A stretch of 64,000 bases of DNA from Lachnospiraceae bacterium (GTDB lineage: Bacteria; Bacillota; Clostridia; Lachnospirales; Lachnospiraceae), in assembly GCA_022799355.1 (NCBI GenBank), contig JAAWOG010000010.1:5766-69765 (forward strand), in the 5' to 3' direction. Within the stretch, counting starts at the first letter, position 1. Each line of letters starts with the position of its first letter. A program made the translations under genes and the position numbers. Below the pieces are notes generated by a model. The model saw only the letters and a program-made list of their open reading frames with translations. It made no database searches and had not been told where the DNA came from. This document shows, in pieces, positions 36,728 through 45,845 of this stretch.

Positions 36728-38410
36728 ATGCTTTATATTTTATTAAACTGGCTGTACATTTTCATAACAACCCTGATCACCGGCTTTGGAATCCTGTTTC
36801 TTTTGCGGAAAGCCTTCGGCTATTCTCCCCGCAATATTCATACCTGTGTGATGACAGGGCTTGTGGCGCTTACTGCCTATGCGCAGTGGTTTTCTCTGTT
36901 CTACAGGGTAAATATTGAGGCAAATCTGATCCTGATCCTGGTTGATATCGTGATTTTTATTTTGCTGAGAAAGCCGCTTTGGCAGTTTTTGATCAGTTCG
37001 CTGAGAGAGGTAAGCAGAGGAAAAAAAATTGCTGTCTTTTTGCTGATCTTAGTCTGTGCCTATTTTACATCCAGAGGAAGTTATATATCCGATACCGGTC
37101 TGTATCATGCACAGTGTATCCGCTGGCTGGAGGAATATGGTATTTTGAAGGGGCTTGCCAATATTCAGTCCAGAGCGGCTTATAACAGTTCGGCGTTCTG
37201 CCTGTCGGCGCTTTACAGCATGAAATACATATTCGGGCAGTCCATGCATGCGGTGCAGGGATTTATGGCGCTTCTGCTTTGCGGCGTCTGTCTGGATATC
37301 GGGGCGGTTTTTAAACGGAGAACGCTGCTTCTTTCGGATTTTCTGCGGCTGGGGGCAATTTATTATCTGACGCTTCTGCACCGGGAAATCCTGTCTCCTT
37401 CTTCTGATTTTGCCGTTATGATCACGCTGTTTTATATTCTGATTAACTGGCTGGACCTTCTGGAGAGAAAGGAAGCGTCGACTGTGCCTTATGCGCTATT
37501 GTGTGTGGCGGGAGTTTACACGGTGACTTTGAAGCTGACCGCAGGACTGATACTGGTTCTGCTGGTAAAACCTGTGGTAATGCTGGTGCGGGAGAAGAAG
37601 TGGAAGGAAATAATAACATATGTTATGCTAGGAAGCATTGTGATAGCGCCTTTTTTGATACGGAATGTGATCATTTCCGGGTGGCTGATTTATCCGCTGA
37701 CGGCGCTGGACCTTTTTGATGTGGACTGGAAGGTGCCGGCAGAACTGGTAGATGCGGACTCTTACCAGATCAGGACCTGGGGGAAGGGGATTCATGAATA
37801 TGAATTGTACGGCGGTCCAACGAAGTGGTGGCCAAACTGGTTTAAGACCACGCTCTCCACTACGGAAAAAGGGCTGATCCTGGCGGACGGAGCGGCGCTT
37901 TTGCTGCTGATCGGGATGATTGTAAAGCAGGGGAAGGAAAAAAGAGCAAATGAGTGGGACAAGCTGCTTGTTATGATAACGGCGGCGGTTTCATTTTTGT
38001 TCTGGCAGTTCAGCGCGCCTCTTGTGAGATATGGGTATGCCTATGTATTATCGCTGGCGCTTTTGGTATTTGGAGAAATATATATTAGGTTGTCTGAGAG
38101 CAGAAGGCAGAGAATAATACTTATATTGATCAGTATGTTTTTCATATGGAAGGGAGCGACTCTGACACAGGGTATATGGTCCCAGCGGCTTTTGCCGTAT
38201 TATATTGCGCAGGCGGACTATGACCATAATGAGGGCGGCGAGGATGTCCGGGAGCATCAGGTAAACGGAATCACCTTCTATTATAATGTTATGGGGTATC
38301 ATAAACTGCCCGGCGGGGGCTCCATGTTTACGTTGCGGAGCGACAGGCTCGAGGATGGATTTCGTTATGAATATCATGACTGGAAAGAAATATTCGGAGT
38401 GGCTGAGTGA
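36728..38410 (+). CDS. Polytopic membrane protein (candidate polymerase/ligase-like); family uncertain
   Basis: 560 aa with at least 11 TM segments. A conserved-looking loop reads DTGLYHAQCIRWLEEYGILKGLANIQSRAAYNSSAF. A C-terminal soluble segment of about 80 aa follows. Confidence 0.5.
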   Translation: MLYILLNWLYIFITTLITGFGILFLLRKAFGYSPRNIHTCVMTGLVALTAYAQWFSLFYRVNIEANLILILVDIVIFILLRKPLWQFLISSLREVSRGKKIAVFLLILVCAYFTSRGSYISDTGLYHAQCIRWLEEYGILKGLANIQSRAAYNSSAFCLSALYSMKYIFGQSMHAVQGFMALLLCGVCLDIGAVFKRRTLLLSDFLRLGAIYYLTLLHREILSPSSDFAVMITLFYILINWLDLLERKEASTVPYALLCVAGVYTVTLKLTAGLILVLLVKPVVMLVREKKWKEIITYVMLGSIVIAPFLIRNVIISGWLIYPLTALDLFDVDWKVPAELVDADSYQIRTWGKGIHEYELYGGPTKWWPNWFKTTLSTTEKGLILADGAALLLLIGMIVKQGKEKRANEWDKLLVMITAAVSFLFWQFSAPLVRYGYAYVLSLALLVFGEIYIRLSESRRQRIILILISMFFIWKGATLTQGIWSQRLLPYYIAQADYDHNEGGEDVREHQVNGITFYYNVMGYHKLPGGGSMFTLRSDRLEDGFRYEYHDWKEIFGVAE

Positions 38411-40032
38411 GGATGAGGGGAGAGAAGAGAACAAGGATCATTGTACTCGTGCTTGCGGTTCTTTTTACGTTTATGCAGCTTGCGGGCTGGCAGATCAGTA
38501 TGCGTTACGGAACAAGCGTGCACAGAAATGGTATTTTTCAGAGCATCGGGATGCTGAACGGGTATCAGCTTGTTTTTGCGGCGGTTTTTGAGACGGCGTT
38601 CTGGTATGCCGTTATTGATTTTGCTTTTTATTTTCTTGGGAAGCGGAAGAGAAGGCGTGCATCGAAAGCGGAAATGCCGGGAAGGCGGATGTGGCTGACG
38701 GTTGGCGTGCTGCTGTTTTTTGGTCTGTTTATCGGACTGCTGGCATGCTGGCCGGGGATTTATTCCTATGACGCGCAGGGGCAGCTCGGGCAGGCAATGT
38801 ACCCGGAGACGGTATATACGATGCATCATCCGCTCCTGCACACACTGTTTATGGGAAAGATCATCACTTTCGGTTATCGGGTATCCGGGGAGAACCTCGG
38901 GGTGGGTATTTTGCTGCACAGTATTGTGCAGATGCTGATCTGTACGATGATTTTTACATATGCCGTTTATTTTATCAGAAAAGTGACAGGGAAGAACGGG
39001 CTGGCAGCGGCGGCTTTTTTGTATTACGCATTTTTCCCCGTAGTAGTCTTATTTTCTTTCTGTACCACAAAAGATGTGCTTTGCGGCGCATTTTTACATC
39101 TTATGGTGATCCTGACATATGAGCTGTATCAGGATGGGGAGGAGTTCTTTGCACGGAAAGGGAAAGTTTTTTTACTGATTCTTTCAGGTGTTCTGATGTG
39201 CCTGTTCAGAAATAACGGCGTTTATGCGGTGGCGTTGATGGCGCTTTTTGCCGTTATATTTTTCCGGCAGAATCTGAGAGCGGTATGTTTTATTTTGCTT
39301 CCGGTTATTGTATTATCCGTGTTTTCCAACAAAGGACTGCAGATAGTGCTGCAGGCAAGAGGCGCCAGCATGGTGGAAGCATCTTCCGTGCCGATCCAGC
39401 AGATCGCACGAGTGTATTATGAGGAGGGGGAGGCGGGCTTTACCGAGGAGGAGTTGGAACTGTTGTATCAGGCGGTTTCGGCGGAAACGTTGCTTGGATA
39501 TGATCCGACTACTTCTGATAGTGTTAAGAATTTCACAAATTTTGACGATGTTGTCATGGAACAAAAAGGTGCTTATCTGAAATTGTGGCTTGGGGTTGGA
39601 ATCAGGCATCCCGGGAAATATATTGCCGCTTTTCTGGATAACACTTATCAGGCGTGGTATCCCGGCACATCCATTATGAGATACCCGGAAAGCGGGGACT
39701 ATGATTATCTTGAGATAGAGGGGTTTGACACAGTAATTAAGGAACCGAAGATCCCGGGACTGTATGAGTTCTATGATAAGATTGCCGCGGATTATTTTTA
39801 TCAGAAGATTCCCGGATTACGTCTTCTGTTCTCCATTGGTGCAATGTTCTGGATCATGCTTTTTACATTTTTTTACGGAATCCGTAAAAAGGATGAGGGC
39901 GTTACCGCCGCTCTTTTGCTCACTTTGTGTTTTTGTGCCACCTGCTTTTTGGGACCGGTGGTTCTGGTGAGGTATTATCTGAATTTATTTTATTTGTTTC
40001 CGGTCTGCATCGCGTTTATATCCGGGAGATAA
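38407..40032 (+). CDS. Polytopic membrane protein (possibly DUF6020-like); function unknown
   Basis: 541 aa. The start overlaps the previous stop. The first external loop reads GIYSYDAQGQLGQAMYPETVYTMHHPLLHTLFMG. A central soluble insert (..VPIQQIARVYYEEGEAGFTEEELELLYQ..) sits between TM bundles. Confidence 0.5.
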   Translation: MRMRGEKRTRIIVLVLAVLFTFMQLAGWQISMRYGTSVHRNGIFQSIGMLNGYQLVFAAVFETAFWYAVIDFAFYFLGKRKRRRASKAEMPGRRMWLTVGVLLFFGLFIGLLACWPGIYSYDAQGQLGQAMYPETVYTMHHPLLHTLFMGKIITFGYRVSGENLGVGILLHSIVQMLICTMIFTYAVYFIRKVTGKNGLAAAAFLYYAFFPVVVLFSFCTTKDVLCGAFLHLMVILTYELYQDGEEFFARKGKVFLLILSGVLMCLFRNNGVYAVALMALFAVIFFRQNLRAVCFILLPVIVLSVFSNKGLQIVLQARGASMVEASSVPIQQIARVYYEEGEAGFTEEELELLYQAVSAETLLGYDPTTSDSVKNFTNFDDVVMEQKGAYLKLWLGVGIRHPGKYIAAFLDNTYQAWYPGTSIMRYPESGDYDYLEIEGFDTVIKEPKIPGLYEFYDKIAADYFYQKIPGLRLLFSIGAMFWIMLFTFFYGIRKKDEGVTAALLLTLCFCATCFLGPVVLVRYYLNLFYLFPVCIAFISGR

Positions 40033-40171
40033 TAATATTTATTATTAATTACAGCGCAGAGGGAGTGCGATACCTCCGTCTGCGCTGTTGTATCATCCGG
40101 CTAAAATGGATAACCGGCAGTGATGGCGTCAGGAACTTTTTCCTAAATACTGTGAGGGGCAAGCCGCCGCA

Positions 40172-41365
40172 TTATTTGTGATAATATGCACATATTTTCC
40201 GAACGGCCAGGATTACATCCTCCACCTGCCGGTCCGTCAGGGAATAGTACAGGGGAATGCTGAGAATCCGTTCATAAAGCCTTTCCGCTTTTGGGCAAAG
40301 CCCTTTCGGATAACCAAGCCTCTGGTAATAGGGCAGGCGGTAGACAGGAATATAGTGTACCTGACAGTGGATATTCTCAGCCGTCATAGCGTCAAAAAAC
40401 TGGCGTCTGCTGCAGGTGAGGATATCCGGATCAAGCTGTATCATGTATAAATGTCTTGTGGTATCTGATGAGGGAATCTCTTTTTGGACAATAATGCCCT
40501 CCACATCCCGGAATGCTTCATTATAACGTTTTACAATCTCCTTCCGGCGCTTCGAGAAAACGGGAAGCTTGTCAAGCTGGCTGGAGAACAGAGCTGCCTG
40601 TATTTCGGTGAGCCGGTAGTTATATCCCAGAGAAATCATCTCATAGTACCAGGGATCATCACAGGGCTCGCTCATCTGGGAGTGGTCTCTGGTGATGCCG
40701 TGGCTTCTTGCCAGAAGGAGTTTTTGGTAGAGAACTTCATCGTTGGTCGTGACAACGCCGCCCTCGCCTGAGGTGACCGTTTTTACCGGGTGGGAAGAAA
40801 AACAGGTCATGTCGGCAAGAGAGCCGATTGGCTGTCCCTTATAAAGAGTACCGATAGCATGGGCGGCGTCCTGAATCAGCAGCAGCCCGTGCTTTTGGCA
40901 GATGGCTGCGATCTCATCGTATGCCACAGCCTGTCCTGTGTAATGGACGGGGATAACGGCCTTTGTTTTCGGGGTAATACAGGCTTCCATGGCAGCCGGG
41001 TCCATATTGTAAGTCTCAGGATCAATATCGGCAAAGACAGGCGTGCCGCCGCAGTAGGATACGCAGTTGGCAGAGGCGGCAAAGGTGATGGGCGTGGTGA
41101 TCACTTCATCCCCCGGTCCGATGCCTGCCGCAATGCAGGCAATGTGCAGGGCGGCGGTACCGTTGCTCACCGCTACGGCGTACTTTGCGCCGGTCACTTT
41201 GCAGAATTTCTCCTCCAGGGCCGGGATCTGGGGACCACATGTTAAAAAATCACTTCGTAAAACATCCGAGACGGCACGGATATCGGCATCATCGATGTAT
41301 TGTCTTCCATATTGAATGGGGGTATCGCAGGCGGGACTGCCGCCGCAGATTGCAGGTTTTTCCAT
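40172..41365 (-). CDS. pseC: UDP-4-amino-4,6-dideoxy-N-acetyl-beta-L-altrosamine transaminase-type DegT aminotransferase (PseC-like)
   Basis: The ORF track extends to 41452. ATG at 41365 (MEKPAICGG..) follows an AGGAG SD. IQYGRQYIDDADIRAV, LTCGPQIPALEEKF, AVAVSNGTAALHIA, VITTPITFAASAN, DAAHAIG, PLP-lysine context FSSHPVKTVTSGEGG, GYNYRLTEIQAAL. Confidence 0.8.
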   Translation of the reverse strand: MEKPAICGGSPACDTPIQYGRQYIDDADIRAVSDVLRSDFLTCGPQIPALEEKFCKVTGAKYAVAVSNGTAALHIACIAAGIGPGDEVITTPITFAASANCVSYCGGTPVFADIDPETYNMDPAAMEACITPKTKAVIPVHYTGQAVAYDEIAAICQKHGLLLIQDAAHAIGTLYKGQPIGSLADMTCFSSHPVKTVTSGEGGVVTTNDEVLYQKLLLARSHGITRDHSQMSEPCDDPWYYEMISLGYNYRLTEIQAALFSSQLDKLPVFSKRRKEIVKRYNEAFRDVEGIIVQKEIPSSDTTRHLYMIQLDPDILTCSRRQFFDAMTAENIHCQVHYIPVYRLPYYQRLGYPKGLCPKAERLYERILSIPLYYSLTDRQVEDVILAVRKICAYYHK

Positions 41366-41673
41366 GATAGTTCTCCTGTTGTAAGCTGTTACTCTACAGC
41401 AATATATCGTATCATAACCTGAAAAAATTTGCAGGAAAGAATATAATATCATTTATTCTGCTATATCAGGTGTTAAATTTGCTCCATTTACGATAGCACA
41501 TAATCATGTGATTGGCAAGAAGCCGCCGTTCTTTATTTAAGAACCGGCTTCAGTTGAAGCAGTCATAAGGATTTGGCGGCAGGTGGGGAACTATGATGTG
41601 GAACAGATATGCCGGATTTTACGGAAAGAGCAGGATAATATTGGAGGCTAAGGGATTTATAACGGAGAGTATG

Positions 41674-41702
41674 TTGACAGAAACAGGCATAACGGTTATA
41701 TT
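41674..41702 (+). promoter_or_regulatory. Consensus-like sigma-A promoter for the GT2/heptose operon
   Basis: TTGACA (41674-41679), a 17-nt spacer, and TATATT (41697-41702), 60 nt upstream of ATG 41762. Confidence 0.6.
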
Positions 41703-41761
41703 TATTAAAGAGATTTTGGGGGATTCTGCCCTTGGGAAGAAAGGGGAGCTTGATATATAAT

Positions 41762-42751
41762 ATGAAAAGCGATTTTTTACTGTCTGTTGTTGTGCCTGTC
41801 TATAAAGAGGAAGATAATATTGTTCCTTTTCTGGAGAGATGCGTAAAGGTTATGGAAGAAAATGACTATCGATATGAGATTATTTTCTGCTTAGATCCAT
41901 CGCCTGACCGTTCTTATGAAGTAATCTGTGAGAGTATCCGGAAGAATAAACATATAAGGCTGATTCAGTTCAGCCGTAGGTTCGGTCAGCCCTCCGCTAC
42001 CTATGCGGGAATTTGTACCTGTCGGGGGGATGCCTGCATTATAACGGATGTGGACCTGCAGGATCCGCCGGAACTGATGAAGGAGATGGTGGACAGATGG
42101 CAGAAGAACGGCAGTGATGTGGTCTATGCCCAGAGAAAGACAAGGGCGGGGGAAACGCTGATCAAGAAGATCGTGGCGCGTTCCGGCTATGCGCTGATCA
42201 ACCGGATGGGCGATGTGGACATTCCGGTGAATACCGGGGATTTCAGGCTGATTGACAGGGTTATGATAGAGGAATTGAAAAAGTCAAAAGAGCACCATGG
42301 TTTTCTGAGGGGTATGGTGGCTTTTGTCGGTTTTAAGCAGGAAGCTATTTTATATGACAGAGATGCCAGGCATTCCGGGAAGGGCAATTATAACCGGTTT
42401 TTCGGTTCTCTGAGGATCGGATTAAACGGACTGATCTGCTATTCCACAAAACCGCTGGAGTTTGTGACGGTATTTGGCAGCATATGTTCGGGGATGGGCG
42501 GATTGTTTCTGGTGTATTATATTGTGCAAAGTATTTTACGGCTCTGCTCGGTTTCCATCCCGTATATACCCTTTACGGTGGTATTGATCCTGCTGCTGGG
42601 TGGGCTGAATTTTCTTTTTATCGGTCTGCTCGGGGAGTATATCGGGCGGATCTATGAGGAAGTTCGGGAGAGACCGAGATATATTGTGGACCGCATAATC
42701 GATGCGGACAATGTGGACGGAAGCGGTAAAGAGTGGAGAGGAGGAGAATAA
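41762..42751 (+). CDS. GT2 polyprenol-phosphate glycosyltransferase (ArnC/GtrB/CsbB-like) with two C-terminal TM helices
   Basis: The ORF track starts at TTG 41732; ATG 41762 gives MKSDFLLSVVVPVYKEEDNI. Motifs are FCLDPSPDRS, DVDLQDPPELM, GDFRLIDR and C-terminal helices (FVTVFGSICSGMGGLFLVYYIV, VVLILLLGGLNFLFIGLLGEYIGRIY). Confidence 0.85.
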   Translation: MKSDFLLSVVVPVYKEEDNIVPFLERCVKVMEENDYRYEIIFCLDPSPDRSYEVICESIRKNKHIRLIQFSRRFGQPSATYAGICTCRGDACIITDVDLQDPPELMKEMVDRWQKNGSDVVYAQRKTRAGETLIKKIVARSGYALINRMGDVDIPVNTGDFRLIDRVMIEELKKSKEHHGFLRGMVAFVGFKQEAILYDRDARHSGKGNYNRFFGSLRIGLNGLICYSTKPLEFVTVFGSICSGMGGLFLVYYIVQSILRLCSVSIPYIPFTVVLILLLGGLNFLFIGLLGEYIGRIYEEVRERPRYIVDRIIDADNVDGSGKEWRGGE

Positions 42752-42752
42752 C

Positions 42753-43712
42753 GTGCGTTATTTTGTTACGGGAGGAGCCGGATTTATCGGTTCCAATATG
42801 GTGGATCGGCTACTTGGCCTTGGGAATGAAGTGGTGGTTTATGATAATTTTTCCACAGGCAGGCGGGAATTTCTGGAAAATGCCATGAAGTATGACAGTT
42901 TTACTTTGATAGAAGGCGATACGCTGGATCAGGAGAGGCTTAAACAGTCCATGGCGGGTTGTGAGTTTGTATTTCATTTTGCGGCAAATGCGGATGTGCG
43001 GATGGGATGTGAGCACCCTGAAAAGGACCTTAAGCAGAATACGATTGCTACGTTCCATGTGCTGGAGGCGATGCGGGAAAACGGTATTAAAAGGATTGGC
43101 TTCTCATCCACAGGTTCCGTGTATGGGGAGGCGGAGGTGATTCCGACGCCGGAGGATGCGCCTTTTCCGGTGCAGACTTCGTTGTATGCGGCATCCAAAC
43201 TGGCAGGGGAGGGGATGATCGCTGCCTATTGCGAGGGTTTTGGCTTTACGGCTTATATCTTCCGGTTTGTATCCATCCTGGGAGAGCGTTATACCCATGG
43301 ACATGTCTTTGATTTTTACAAAAAGCTGCGGGAGGATTCCGGCAGGCTCTATATTCTCGGAAACGGAAAACAACGGAAATCCTATCTCTATGTGCAGGAC
43401 TGTCTGGATGCCATCCTGACTGTTGTTGAGAAGGCGCAGGAGAAAGTAAATATTTACAATCTGGGAACGGATGAATATTGTGAGGTAAATGATTCCGCCG
43501 GCTGGATTGCCGGAAAGATGGGAGTTTCCCCCGTATTTGAGTATGCGGGCGGAGAGCGCGGCTGGATCGGGGATAATCCGTTTATTTATCTGGATACGTC
43601 GAAGGTAAGAAGTCTTGGCTGGAAGCCGAAATACGATATTCGGGAAGGCGTGTTAAAGACGGTGGAGTTTCTGGAAAAAAATATCTGGGTTTTTGACGTG
43701 AGAGATTCATGA
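42753..43712 (+). CDS. NAD-dependent nucleotide-sugar epimerase/dehydratase (extended SDR)
   Basis: GTG 42753 after a GAGGAGGAG SD. YFVTGGAGFIGSNMVDRLL, FHFAANADV, the SSTGSVYG ... YAASKLAGE catalytic triad pattern, and RFVSILGER. Confidence 0.8.
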   Translation: MRYFVTGGAGFIGSNMVDRLLGLGNEVVVYDNFSTGRREFLENAMKYDSFTLIEGDTLDQERLKQSMAGCEFVFHFAANADVRMGCEHPEKDLKQNTIATFHVLEAMRENGIKRIGFSSTGSVYGEAEVIPTPEDAPFPVQTSLYAASKLAGEGMIAAYCEGFGFTAYIFRFVSILGERYTHGHVFDFYKKLREDSGRLYILGNGKQRKSYLYVQDCLDAILTVVEKAQEKVNIYNLGTDEYCEVNDSAGWIAGKMGVSPVFEYAGGERGWIGDNPFIYLDTSKVRSLGWKPKYDIREGVLKTVEFLEKNIWVFDVRDS

Positions 43713-43749
43713 GAGGACAGTATCGGAAGAACGGCAGGGGGAACGGAAA

Positions 43750-44721
43750 ATGAACATAGGAATCATAGGCTGCGGGCTGATCGGAAAAAAGAGGGCGAAG
43801 TCCATTCCGGCAGCGCATACCATAGCGGGAGTGTGTGATATTCGGATGGACCGTGCCAGTGAACTGGCAGAAATGACGGGTTGTCATTTTATGACGGATG
43901 ATTATAAAGAACTGATAGAACGGCCGGGGCTCGAACTGGTGATTGTTTCAACCCTGAACAACCAGCTTGCGCCGATTACCTTGTATGCCGTGGAACATGG
44001 TAAGCATGTTATCGTGGAAAAGCCCGGCGGGATCTGTTCCGCTGAGTTGCTGCCGATTATGGAAGCGGCGGAAAAAAATCATGTGCTGGTCAAGGTAGGC
44101 TTTAATCACAGATATCATCCGGCAATGCTGAAAGCGAAAGAGCTTATGGAAAAGGAAGAAGTCGGTGAAGTAATGTTTATACGGGGGCGTTACGGACACG
44201 GCGGCAGAGTGGGCTATGACAGGGAATGGAGGGCGGATGCCTCCCTTTCCGGCGGCGGCGAGACCATTGATCAGGGAGTGCATCTGATCGATCTGGCGCG
44301 TTGGTATATGGGAGAATTTGAGGAGGTGTCCGGGTTTGCGGCTACCTACTTCTGGGATATGCCGGTGGATGACAACGGTTTTATCAGCCTGCGGAAGAAG
44401 GACGGCCGGGCGGCCTGGCTGCAGGTGAGCTGTACCGAGTGGAAAAATATGTTTTCGCTGGAAATCTACTGTAAGAATGCGAAACTGGCGATTGAGGGGT
44501 TGGGGGGCAGTTACGGAGTAGAGAAATTATACTATTATCAGATGCTGCCAAAGATGGGACCGCCGGATACGGTTATTTATGAATATCCGAGAGGCGACAG
44601 ATCCTGGGAACTGGAATTCAGCGAAGTCGAGGAAGCAATCCGGACGGGAAAAGGATTGAACATGGGCGATATCAGGGATGCATACGAGGCGCTGAAGATC
44701 GTGGAGAAGATTTACCGGTGA
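43750..44721 (+). CDS. Gfo/Idh/MocA-family NAD(P)-dependent sugar oxidoreductase
   Basis: MNIGIIGCGLIGKKRA Rossmann start, the VIVEKPGG (EKP) motif, and GFNHRYHP. Confidence 0.8.
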   Translation: MNIGIIGCGLIGKKRAKSIPAAHTIAGVCDIRMDRASELAEMTGCHFMTDDYKELIERPGLELVIVSTLNNQLAPITLYAVEHGKHVIVEKPGGICSAELLPIMEAAEKNHVLVKVGFNHRYHPAMLKAKELMEKEEVGEVMFIRGRYGHGGRVGYDREWRADASLSGGGETIDQGVHLIDLARWYMGEFEEVSGFAATYFWDMPVDDNGFISLRKKDGRAAWLQVSCTEWKNMFSLEIYCKNAKLAIEGLGGSYGVEKLYYYQMLPKMGPPDTVIYEYPRGDRSWELEFSEVEEAIRTGKGLNMGDIRDAYEALKIVEKIYR

Positions 44722-44867
44722 TGGAGAAGGTCTGAGTCCTGACATCAGCGGGCGAAGGGCATGGCATGGAGAAGTGAAGCCGAAGGGCTGAACTATTGCG
44801 ATAAATATGCTTATGACAAAGGTGTCATAATACATATTACGCATATAAGAGAGGAGAAAAGCACAAA

Positions 44868-45845
44868 ATGATCATTGTGAGAAGTCCCTTAAGGATTTCC
44901 CTTGGCGGCGGCGGAACAGATCTGCCTTCCTATTATGAAGAAAACGAAGGGTTCCTGATCGCGGGAGCTATCAATAAATTTGTCTATATCACAATGCATG
45001 AGAATTTTCAGGATGAAATCTGGGTGAAATACTCGAGGACGGAGAAGGTGCGGGATATCCGAAAGCTGGAGCACCCGATTTTCAGGGAGAGTATCAGCAT
45101 GCTGGGGATGGAGAATGAGAGTTTTGAGATACAGTCCATGGCGGATATTCCGGCAGGGACGGGGCTTGGCTCCTCCAGCAGTTTTACAACGGCAGTGCTG
45201 AAATGTCTGCATGAATATAAGGGAGAACTGGTCGGAACGGAAACGCTGGCTGAGGAGGCCTGCGATATTGAGATGAACCGTCTTAACGAGCCGATTGGGA
45301 AACAGGATCAGTACATAGCGGCGTACGGCGGCATAAAGGCAATGTATTTCAGAAAAGACGGCCATGTGGATGTGGAGCCGCTGAATATGTCGAAGGAGAC
45401 CTGCTACAATCTGGAAGATAATCTGGTACTTTATTTTACGGGTTTTGAGCGGTCCGCCTCTCAGATATTGAAAGAGCAGGATGTCAAAACGAGAAGTTCC
45501 GATCAGGAAATGAAGCGGAATCTGGATATGGTAAAGCAGATGGGGCTGGACAGCAAGAGAGCTTTTGAGAGGGGAGATCTGCGGGAGTTTGCGGCGATCA
45601 TGAAGCATCACTGGGAGATCAAGAAAAAACGTTCCAGTCATATGTCCAATCCCAGGATCGATGAATGGTATGATCATGCGATGAAAAACGGGGCGCTGGG
45701 CGGAAAGCTGATCGGTGCCGGCGGCGGCGGTTTTCTGATGTTTTACGCGGAGGATAAGGTGAGCCTGCGCAGGGCAATGCAGAAGACAGGCCTGAGGGAA
45801 GTAAGGTTCCGGTTTGAGAACCAGGGGACAAGACTGGTATATTAA
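44868..45845 (+). CDS. hddA: GHMP kinase, D-glycero-alpha-D-manno-heptose-7-phosphate kinase type (HddA-like)
   Basis: MIIVRSPLRISLGGGGTDLPSYY start, GHMP motif II PAGTGLGSSSSFTTA, and C-terminal GGKLIGAGGGGFLMFY. Confidence 0.8.
   Translation: MIIVRSPLRISLGGGGTDLPSYYEENEGFLIAGAINKFVYITMHENFQDEIWVKYSRTEKVRDIRKLEHPIFRESISMLGMENESFEIQSMADIPAGTGLGSSSSFTTAVLKCLHEYKGELVGTETLAEEACDIEMNRLNEPIGKQDQYIAAYGGIKAMYFRKDGHVDVEPLNMSKETCYNLEDNLVLYFTGFERSASQILKEQDVKTRSSDQEMKRNLDMVKQMGLDSKRAFERGDLREFAAIMKHHWEIKKKRSSHMSNPRIDEWYDHAMKNGALGGKLIGAGGGGFLMFYAEDKVSLRRAMQKTGLREVRFRFENQGTRLVY

Noticed and set aside
44811-44830. TTATGACA-aagg-TGTCATAA hairpin, and a repeated CGAAGGGC, in the 146-nt spacer before hddA
   Set aside because: The 8-bp AT-rich stem has no U-tract, and I could see no recognisable riboswitch or leader fold. 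It may be an operator or a processing site, but the evidence is insufficient.
44889-45677. 262-aa minus-strand ORF opposite hddA
   Set aside because: The plus strand carries unmistakable GHMP kinase motifs. The antisense product has no recognisable domain.
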